NCBI GenBank assembly: GCA_020636445.1
Contig: JACJXV010000016.1
Span: 1,655 to 65,654, forward strand
Source of the DNA: Lewinellaceae bacterium
GTDB lineage: Bacteria; Bacteroidota; Bacteroidia; Chitinophagales; Saprospiraceae
Direction of reading: 5' to 3'
DNA: 64,000 bases
Shown here: in pieces, positions 18,215 through 25,774 of the stretch
How the letters are laid out: the number at the start of each line of letters is the position of its first letter
How positions within the stretch are numbered: the first letter of the stretch is position 1
The notes under the pieces: generated by a model
Database searches by the model: none
What the model was told of the DNA's origin: nothing
What the model saw: the letters and a program-made list of their open reading frames with translations, nothing else
Translations under genes and position numbers: made by a program

Positions 18215-18380
18215 AATACAGACATGCATTTAAAGCCACGAATGCACGAATGAGAAGCCACGAACAGGAAGATTATTCGTGCATTGGTGGCAAGAAAAGT
18301 AAAATATAGACATGCATTTAAAGCCACGAATGCACGAATGAAAAGCAATAAATATGAAAATTATTCGTGCATTCGTGGCC
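18205..18380. repeat. two tandem ~87-bp hairpin units (arms GCCACGAATGCACGAATGA / TTATTCGTGCATTCGTGGC)
   Basis: Unit 1 is ~18205-18291 and unit 2 is 18292-18380. Both share AAAAGTAAAATAYAGACATGCATTTAAAGCCACGAATGCACGAATGA. Unit 1 begins within the last codons and stop codon of the DUF6090 gene. Confidence 0.85.
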
Positions 18381-18562
18381 AAAAATTAGCAATAATGAAC
18401 GAAATAATTTATAAAGAAGAAAGCTACAGGATTATTGGCCTGTGCATGGAGGTACATAATAATCTTGGAGCCGGATTTCTTGAAATTGTTTACAAAGACG
18501 CCCTTGAATATGAATTCAAAAAGGCCATATCCCCTATGAGCGTGAAAAACAATATGAAGTTA

Positions 18563-19431
18563 GAGCATGTTCAAAAATTTTATAAATCATTCCATTTAAT
18601 TCTCCAAATAACCATTGAAATATTGGCCAAAAACAGGAAAGAAACCGAACTTTGTGGGGTGTGCTCGTAGTCGACCACTACTCTGCGGAAGAAATTGAGC
18701 CAGGCAAAGGTTCTTTCTACCACCCAACGTTTGGCTTCCACCACAAATCCTTTTGTTCCTTCTTCCCGATTCGGGACCTCGAAAACCAGGCCCATTTGCT
18801 CGACAGCTTCGGCAAATGTTCCTCGGTAGGATTTGTCACCCATTATCTTTTCCAGCCGAGGCATTGGCTTGGGTAATTCATCTAGAAGCGCCACCCCGCC
18901 CGGGCTGTCATGGTGATTAGCGGCATGAACGGCAGCAGACCATATCCGGCCCAGCACATCTACTAATACTTGCCGCTTTCGGCCATTAACTCTTTTATTG
19001 CCATCCGTTCCTCGATGTTCGAAAATCATCGGAGACAACTTAACACTCTGAGAATCAGATATCAGCAGACTAGGGTCAGGCTCCCGATCAAGCTGAATAC
19101 GTTCCAACATATTCAAGGCTTGGCACATCTGTTTGAAGCAAGCCTTTCCTGCCCCATGTTTCAAAATAATAATACACCGATTTCCAAGGCGGAAAGCTGC
19201 TGTCCAGGTTTCGCCATTGGCTCCCCTATTCGGGTAATCCATAATATTGGCATTGAAGACTTCTCGTAAATCATATTTGCGTATTCTTTGCCAATTCAAA
19301 AAACACTTTTATACCTTCCCATTGGTCATCGGTAAGCCGTTCAAATTGCGGTTGCATATCCTGTAAGTTTGGTCACTCACAAGATACGCCGATGACCTTC
19401 TTTTTCAACTCTCAAAAATTTGAACACGCTC
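18563..19431 (-). mobile_element. IS5-family insertion sequence (869 bp), decayed copy
   Basis: Terminal inverted repeats are GAGCATGTTCAAAAATTT (left) and GAGCGTGTTCAAATTTTT (right, reverse complement). A 3-bp direct duplication TTA lies at 18560-18562 and 19432-19434. The element encodes a DDE transposase. Confidence 0.8.
18580..19357 (-). pseudogene. IS5-family DDE transposase, N-terminal third broken by several frameshifts
   Basis: The catalytic part is intact in the track ORF (SDSQSVKL, GDKSYRG, VVERTFAWLNFFRR). My translation finds the N-terminal pieces MQPQFERLTDDQWEGIKVFF, LNWQRIRKYDLREVFNA, ILWITRIG, SQWRNLDSSFPPWKSVYYYFETWGRKG and FKQMCQALN scattered over all three reading frames, with a frame shift between every adjacent pair of pieces. 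Confidence 0.65.
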
Positions 19432-19650
19432 TTAATTATAAAGGAATAATCTTGCCGCATAAATTTTATGCCGATTTTTGTGGTCATGGATAAGATTATT
19501 TTAGAGATAAAGGCGGTACAAGTAATTTCGGATGAATTTATTGCTCAGGCAATAAATTATTTGAAAGTTTCTAATAATCGACTCGCTTTGATAGCGAATT
19601 TTGGGGGAATTAAAATTGCAGTATAAACGCATTGTACTATGATTTTAGCA

Positions 19651-19859
19651 GTCACAACTGCATGAATGAGATAATTATTCGTGCACTAGTGGCGAAAAAA
19701 GTAAAATGTAGAGAAATACATAAAGCCACGAATGCACGAATGAATAGCAACAAATATGAAAGTTATTCGCGCATTAGAGGCCAAGAAATAAGGGATGAAC
19801 TTAAAGCCACGAATGTACGAATGAATAGCAAAACGAAAATCATTCGTGCATTCGTGGCC
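19651..19859. repeat. three further hairpin units of the GCCACGAATGCACGAATGA family
   Basis: Units lie at 19651-19693 (degenerate left arm), ~19694-19782 and ~19783-19859. They have the same arms and the same AAAAGTAAAAT leader as the units at 18205-18380. Confidence 0.8.
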
Positions 19860-19932
19860 TAAAAGAAGAAATCCGTTCGCATTAACAGTAGTGTTTTGTT
19901 CTTAATTTATTGATTTGTAAATTATTAGACAT

Positions 19933-21036
19933 ATGATTCTATTGTCTGTGTTCGCGGGGATTCTTTTTTTAGCAACCAGCAATGGGTATATAAAGGAAGA
20001 GCCCCCGGTGTTTAAGTCATTATTTGATACTACAATGAAGCCAGAGGTAGCTTGCTTCAGAATACCAGCCATGGTCACAGCGCCCAATGGTGATCTGATT
20101 GCCGCAATCGATGAACGGGTACCTTCCTGTGGAGATCTGAGAGGGAACAAGGACATTAACATTGTAATTCGCCGAAGTAAAGACCAGGGAGAAACCTGGT
20201 CATCCATCGAGTCGGTAGTCGATTACCCCATCGGTCAATCAGCATCCGACCCTTCCATGATTGTTGATTACGTTACCGGTACCGTTTTCCTTTTTTATAA
20301 TTTCATGGACCTGGAACAGGGCAAAGATATATACTACCTTAAGTTAGTCAAGAGTACAGATGATGGGGCAACGTGGAGTTCGCCGATAGACATAACAACA
20401 CAGATCTCCAAGCCGGAATGGCATAAGGATTTTAAATTCATTACCTCAGGAAGGGGGATACAAACCTCTTCGGGAAAGTTGTTGCATACCTTGGTGAGTT
20501 TGGATCATGGACTTCATCTTTTTGCCAGTGACGATCATGGGGAAAACTGGTACCTACTGGACACTCCAATTATCCCTGGCGATGAGTCAAAGATTGTTGA
20601 GTTGGAGAATGGTACCTGGATGATTAATAGCCGGGTGAATAACCAAGGCCTGCGCTTCGTCCATACCTCGACAGATCAGGGGGCGAGCTGGTTATCCAGG
20701 CCCGATTCCTCCCTGATTGATCCGGGCTGCAATGCTAGCTTTATCCGCTATACCTCAGTAAAAGCGGGGGCAGATAAAAACCGACTTCTTTTTTCCAACG
20801 CAAAAATGCAATCGGGCCGGATGAACATGACTGTGCGCCTTAGCTATGATGAAGGTAAGACCTGGACAGCAGGAAAAACAATTTATCCGGGCGGCGCAGC
20901 CTATTCGTCCATGACTATACTCGCCAACGGAGATATTGGATTGTTCTTTGAAAAAGATAACTATCAGGAAAACGTGTTTGTCCGATTTGATCTGGCCTGG
21001 CTAACCGACGGGAAAGATCACTACAGTAACAAGTAA
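19933..21036 (+). CDS. exo-alpha-sialidase (GH33, BNR/Asp-box)
   Basis: FRIP motif (ACFRIPAMV) plus five Asp-boxes: SKDQGETW, STDDGATW, SDDHGENW, STDQGASW and SYDEGKTW. An N-terminal hydrophobic leader is present. Confidence 0.9.
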   Translation: MILLSVFAGILFLATSNGYIKEEPPVFKSLFDTTMKPEVACFRIPAMVTAPNGDLIAAIDERVPSCGDLRGNKDINIVIRRSKDQGETWSSIESVVDYPIGQSASDPSMIVDYVTGTVFLFYNFMDLEQGKDIYYLKLVKSTDDGATWSSPIDITTQISKPEWHKDFKFITSGRGIQTSSGKLLHTLVSLDHGLHLFASDDHGENWYLLDTPIIPGDESKIVELENGTWMINSRVNNQGLRFVHTSTDQGASWLSRPDSSLIDPGCNASFIRYTSVKAGADKNRLLFSNAKMQSGRMNMTVRLSYDEGKTWTAGKTIYPGGAAYSSMTILANGDIGLFFEKDNYQENVFVRFDLAWLTDGKDHYSNK

Positions 21037-21108
21037 TGGCTGATGACAGCATTTGAATAGTCTTTCCTAATAGCGGAAAACAAAAAAATAACCTAGTCAA
21101 ACCAACCA

Positions 21109-22245
21109 ATGAACTTCGGAACTACCTGCAATCATGCTTTACTCTTGCTGAGTTTGCCGCTTTTCCTCCTGGCTTGCCACGAAGTACGGCCCAATAGCAC
21201 CCCTGAAAAGCAGGATTCCCAACCACAGCCCTCTATTGCAATCGCTACTGGTGACACGGTAGCAACCCTGGGCCCAGGGGTCAGGGGCGTTTTCCAGGAT
21301 AGTAATGAGCAATATTGGTTCGGTGGGGGTAATGATGGGGTGTATAAATATGATGGAAAAAGCCTGGTGCTGTTTACAACAAACGATGGCTTATGCAGTA
21401 ATGCAATTATCGGGATGCAGGAAGATCAAAAGGGGAATATGTACTTTGAGACCCAGGAAGGGATCAGTAAGTTCGACGGACAAATGTTTACCACATTACC
21501 CCTGATCAATAACGATCCTTCCCGCAATGAATGGAAATTAACCCCTGATGATCTATGGTTCAGTATGGGCTGGGATAAAAGCGGACCCTATCGCTATGAT
21601 GGACACTATTTACACCCACTAGTCTTTCCTGAAACCCGGCAAGAGGCTGAATATTGGATGTTTAACCCCAATGCATCCTACCGCCCGAATGGCATTTACA
21701 CCATATATAAAGATAGTCAGGGAGCCATGTGGTTTGGCACAGCATCTCTTGGCGTATATCGTTTTGATGGGCAATCCGTACGCTGGTTGTATGAAAAACA
21801 ATTAACCGAAACACCTGCCGGGGGGGAATTTGGTATCCGCTCTATTATTGAAGATGCTGAAGGCTATTTCTGGTTTTGTAATACCGAATATCGCTACGAA
21901 ATCCTGCCGAATAGTTCAGCAAAAAAGAATACCAGCCAACTACCTTATACCCGGAAAACCGGAATTGGCCATCCTGTAAGGCATAACGAGCAGTACTTTC
22001 CTTACTTTATGTCGGTTATAGCGGATGACAATGGTGATTTGTGGATGGTTTCGTACGATGAAGGGGTCTGGCGCAATACCGGAAAAGAACTCATCCATTA
22101 CCCGATTAAGGACGGTGATGCCAATGTTTTACTGTATTCCATTTACCAGGACAAGCAAGGTACGCTCTGGGTAACTTCCCAGCAAAATGGACTATATCAG
22201 TACAACGGAAAGACGTTTATCCCTTTTACCTTACCCCTGGGATAG
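21109..22245 (+). CDS. stand-alone two-component-regulator-propeller (Reg_prop-like) lipoprotein
   Basis: Lipobox LFLLAC. It has repeated YWFGGGNDGVYKYDG, MWFGTASLGVYRFDG and LWVTSQQNGLYQYNG units like the sensor repeats of the hybrid regulator at 31783-35880. No kinase or output domain is present. Confidence 0.65.
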   Translation: MNFGTTCNHALLLLSLPLFLLACHEVRPNSTPEKQDSQPQPSIAIATGDTVATLGPGVRGVFQDSNEQYWFGGGNDGVYKYDGKSLVLFTTNDGLCSNAIIGMQEDQKGNMYFETQEGISKFDGQMFTTLPLINNDPSRNEWKLTPDDLWFSMGWDKSGPYRYDGHYLHPLVFPETRQEAEYWMFNPNASYRPNGIYTIYKDSQGAMWFGTASLGVYRFDGQSVRWLYEKQLTETPAGGEFGIRSIIEDAEGYFWFCNTEYRYEILPNSSAKKNTSQLPYTRKTGIGHPVRHNEQYFPYFMSVIADDNGDLWMVSYDEGVWRNTGKELIHYPIKDGDANVLLYSIYQDKQGTLWVTSQQNGLYQYNGKTFIPFTLPLG

Positions 22246-22333
22246 GCTGAGCGGCTCCCTTTTACAGCTTGAAGTGACTATTGATGCAATCGCGATACGC
22301 TTTATAACTATTTAAAAAACAATAGCAACGGAC

Positions 22334-23674
22334 ATGATAAAAAACAGCAATTCCTTCATTATGCTATGTCTGGTCATGCTTCTACCTTTTTTCCAGGTAG
22401 CTGCCCAGGATTTGACTGGCGACGAAGTGAAATCACTGGAAAAATATAGTGCGATTAAAGGGGCACATGGGATTGTTGTTCCCGGGCTAAAGCTTTCTGA
22501 GGAACAAATGAAATGGTGGCAGGATGCCAAGTTTGGCATGTTTATCCATTGGGGGTTATATGCCATTGAAGGCAAAGGGGAATGGGCAATGTTCAATAAT
22601 AAAATCCCGGCGGAGGAATATGCGAAGCTTGCGGAGACCTTCAATCCGCAGCATTTCGACGCCAATCAATGGGCAAAAGTGGCCAAAGAGGCAGGCATGC
22701 AGTATATGGTATTAACCGCCCGGCATCACGATGGTTTTGCCCTCTGGGACAGTCCGTCCAGCTATGGAGATTTTACCAGTTATACGACAGCGGCTCATCG
22801 GGATTTTGTGAAAGAATACACGGAAGCCTGTCGCGACGTTGGTCTGGGTGTTGGCCTTTATTACTCACCTATGGATTGGCGTTTTCCAGGGTATTTCAAA
22901 CCCCTCGAGCTTGCTGAAAATGCCGCTTTGATGAAGAAACAAGGCTATGGGCAAGTAGAGGAATTAATGAAAAATTACGGCGAGATCGATATCCTCTGGT
23001 ATGATGGCGGATGGCTGGCACATTCCGGCAGTGATGCCGACGCCGCCTGGTTTTGGGAGCCCGATAAGTTGAACACGATGGTACGCAGCTATCAACCCGA
23101 TGTAGTGGTTAGTCCGCGATCGGGCTGGGAAGGCGATTTTCAATGTAATGAAGGCCGCAAGCCCATAACGGGCCCTATTATTCCTACGCCCTGGGAAAAA
23201 TGCCTGAACCTCAATCAAACCAGTTGGGGGTATAACCCGAAACAAAACCTGATGTCGTTGAAGGATATTATTGTCATGCTGGTCAATACCGTCGACCGGG
23301 GTGGCAATATGTTGCTGAATGTGGGGCCTGATGCACAGGGCGTCATTCCCGCTACCCATATCGAACGGTTAAAAGAGGTGGGTGACTGGCTACAGCAATA
23401 CGGCGAAAGCATTTACGGTACCCGTCCCGGGCCTTTCGAGCCAATAGATAATGTGTACGGGACGGTCCAAAAAGGCAATCAGATCTTTGTTCACCTTCTT
23501 GAAGTTCCGGAAACCTTACAACTTCCACCGCTGAACAAAAAGGTTGTTGCCTGCAAGCAAATGCCTTTTGGTACGGCATTGAACTTTGCGCAAAATGAAA
23601 ACGGCATCACCGTTTTCCTGAACAACCTCAACCCTGACCCCATTGTGGGTACCTTGGTTTTGGAAGTGGAGTAA
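22334..23674 (+). CDS. alpha-L-fucosidase (GH29)
   Basis: Signal peptide followed by the GH29 signature WWQDAKFGMFIHWGLYA and TARHHDGFALWDS. Confidence 0.9.
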   Translation: MIKNSNSFIMLCLVMLLPFFQVAAQDLTGDEVKSLEKYSAIKGAHGIVVPGLKLSEEQMKWWQDAKFGMFIHWGLYAIEGKGEWAMFNNKIPAEEYAKLAETFNPQHFDANQWAKVAKEAGMQYMVLTARHHDGFALWDSPSSYGDFTSYTTAAHRDFVKEYTEACRDVGLGVGLYYSPMDWRFPGYFKPLELAENAALMKKQGYGQVEELMKNYGEIDILWYDGGWLAHSGSDADAAWFWEPDKLNTMVRSYQPDVVVSPRSGWEGDFQCNEGRKPITGPIIPTPWEKCLNLNQTSWGYNPKQNLMSLKDIIVMLVNTVDRGGNMLLNVGPDAQGVIPATHIERLKEVGDWLQQYGESIYGTRPGPFEPIDNVYGTVQKGNQIFVHLLEVPETLQLPPLNKKVVACKQMPFGTALNFAQNENGITVFLNNLNPDPIVGTLVLEVE

Positions 23675-23735
23675 TGTTAGAAGGGGTACAAACAGTTGAA
23701 AGCAATTCGGTTATCAAATACCCGTTGTCAGGAAC

Positions 23736-24038
23736 ATGGAAGCAAATCAATTAAAAACCGAACTGGAAGCCGAATTCCCGGAATACCACTTCTTCCTGAG
23801 AAATACCATTTATGGGAAGTGTATTGTCGCTCAAAAAACGTCTTTAAATGGTGCCTATATCTTCATCCGGAAAAACAAAGTAATTGTGGCGCCAGAAGTT
23901 CCAGCTTTGAAAATGCGGATGCTCCTGGGAGCTGGTGCGGTATTTTTAAGAATGTTCCGTCGTGATTTCACTGAACCTGCGCAAAGGATAATGGCATTTC
24001 TTCAAAGGAAAGAGATTCGGGTTAAAATGAGGAAATAA
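23736..24038 (+). CDS. hypothetical protein (100 aa)
   Basis: ATG-initiated ORF in an otherwise empty gap with one hydrophobic segment. I recognise no family. Confidence 0.35.
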   Translation: MEANQLKTELEAEFPEYHFFLRNTIYGKCIVAQKTSLNGAYIFIRKNKVIVAPEVPALKMRMLLGAGAVFLRMFRRDFTEPAQRIMAFLQRKEIRVKMRK

Positions 24039-24375
24039 AAATAGTTTTGAGCTTGTTCAGGAACCTGAATATACGGATTACAAGATCAACGGCTAATTTC
24101 TGAATTGGGTAAATCTGTAATAACCACTCCTAAATCGGATAGTCAGATCAAGTCGTAGTTATTACAGATAAATTGTCAACAAACGGCAAGTTTTGTACCA
24201 TCCTGCGTTAGGTTTTTTCATGATGATGCGATTGACCTATGGCCCAGGAGGCGTATCGTGGATTGAAAAAGGACAATATACCTGAAGGTTTTAAATTGTA
24301 GAGCTTCGAAAGCAGGCTTCTGAAAAGGGCGAACCACTGCAGGGGCTTAAAGTAAAATAGATCAAAAAAATCAGG

Positions 24376-25380
24376 TTGACAACGAAAAAGCGAAAGAGAA
24401 AAAAGAAGTCGGCAGGTATTAACCTGACGCCCTTTGTAATAATAGTTGGGTTAATAGGACTAGCTTTGACTTTTTACATTGGCTACCGAGCTTCCATAAG
24501 CGACAGAAAGCTGTTTTCTGTTAGCTTAATTGCCTTATTTGCAGGACTTCTTTTTGAAAGTTTTCGGGTGTCGGGCCATTGGAAAACAGTTATTGGAATT
24601 TTTATTGGAGCTTATTTTTTTAGCCTGACAAGTTTCCTGCCCGGGAAGAATGAACGACATTATGATTTTGAAAGCCATATCGAAAAATGGCCCTATGTCT
24701 TTCTGTTTATGTTTGCGTTGATTTTTGGAGTTATCTATCAAAAGAGAGTTACCGCAAAACTTACGGAAGGAATTACGTTACTTCTCTCGGTTTCAATGAT
24801 ATATTGGGTAATTGACTACGGATTTCTGAACTTCCATCATTGGTTTTCAATTTCCTTGATTATCACTGGGTTGTTGCTTTCAATTTTTTCGATAGTTCAT
24901 GCTTTGACCTATATCCAACTGTCCAAAACGAATAGGCTAGTCTTAAGTATCTGGAGTACAGCTATCATGGTTGTATTTGCTTTTGATAATATCTTTCGGG
25001 TATTTACGAATCCTGCTATTGAAAATTCAAGTTTTTTAGTGGATAGGCTATACATTGGTCTTCAATACTTTTTTTTGGGCGTTTCAGCTATTTATATCCT
25101 GCAAAACATCATGTTGCTAGTCGCTTTTTTACCCAGCAGAAATGGCAACTACCGACAAGAATTAAAAGAAACCAAAGAAGAGCACATTAACCGGTATGCT
25201 ACTGAACAAGTCAGTATTAGACATTCCCTGTTCGCGATTGTTTTTATTGGAACCGTTTACGGACTGAACCATCAGTATCAACTATTGCCAAGACATACGA
25301 TGATCTGGCTGGTTTTTTTCACCTTTCCCTTAATTTCACAATTGCCGAAATTAATAAACAGGCGAAAAAAATACCGCTAA
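24376..25380 (+). CDS. polytopic membrane protein of unknown function
   Basis: 334 aa with a TTG start and a polybasic N-terminus (KKRKRKKK). I estimate about 8-9 hydrophobic helices by eye. The gene is A+T-rich relative to flanking genes. Confidence 0.5.
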   Translation: MTTKKRKRKKKSAGINLTPFVIIVGLIGLALTFYIGYRASISDRKLFSVSLIALFAGLLFESFRVSGHWKTVIGIFIGAYFFSLTSFLPGKNERHYDFESHIEKWPYVFLFMFALIFGVIYQKRVTAKLTEGITLLLSVSMIYWVIDYGFLNFHHWFSISLIITGLLLSIFSIVHALTYIQLSKTNRLVLSIWSTAIMVVFAFDNIFRVFTNPAIENSSFLVDRLYIGLQYFFLGVSAIYILQNIMLLVAFLPSRNGNYRQELKETKEEHINRYATEQVSIRHSLFAIVFIGTVYGLNHQYQLLPRHTMIWLVFFTFPLISQLPKLINRRKKYR

Positions 25381-25532
25381 AAACTGCCTGAAAAACATTA
25401 CCCCTAATTCATTCCCCCCGTAAGGTTGCCGCTTGTTTCGATCGACTATGCCCGGCAGGCTATGGGAGCCATTCCCTGGCGTCTTTGGGCTAGTAAGGTA
25501 TTCAGGCACTGTTCACTGCTTCGTGATTTTTT

Positions 25533-25562
25533 CCACCGATTACCACCGATTACCACTGATTT
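25533..25562. promoter_or_regulatory. three tandem 10-bp repeats (CCACCGATTA x2, CCACTGATTT) upstream of the large glycosidase gene
   Basis: Direct reading of the sequence. A second reiterated motif CTGCC(A/C)ACTGC occurs at 25581-25618. The function is unknown. Confidence 0.35.
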
Positions 25563-25774
25563 AGCAAATACTATTCAAATCTGCCAACTGCATCCAAGGA
25601 CTGCCCACTGCCCACTGCTTCAGTAGGTGAAATCGTTCAGGGGTTTATTTGCCTGATTTGCCCCCCCCAAGTGGATTATATCCCCCCTACAAACCCTGCG
25701 GCATCCTGTACCTTTCGTGGAAAGAAGAATATTATTTCCTGCACATTCCATCACCGAGAATAAAACCGTATCCA

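Larger units (their letters stand above)
18395..19626 (+). pseudogene. GxxExxY protein gene (PD-(D/E)XK-like), inactivated by an IS insertion and two frameshifts
   Basis: The N-terminus MNEIIYKEESYRIIGLCMEVHNNLGAGFLEIVYKDALEYEFK contains the G-FL-E-IV-Y motif. The expected continuation KGHIPYEREKQYEV is in another frame from about 18520. Removing 18563-19434 restores QYEVNYKGIILPHKFYADF. A second shift near 19477 is needed to read VVMDKIILEIKAVQVISDEFIAQAINYLKVSNNRLALIANFGGIKIAV*. Confidence 0.8.

Noticed and set aside
19632-19862. 76-aa ORF and the 5' part of ORF 18284..18670 across the hairpin repeats
   Set aside because: Their sequences are translations of the repeated hairpin units (recurring KATNARMNS / IIRAFVA peptides), not genes.
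25649-25774. 42-codon N-terminal extension of the large glycosidase ORF
   Set aside because: The extension uses a non-ATG start and encodes a Pro-rich non-signal sequence. The internal ATG at 25775 gives a textbook signal peptide.
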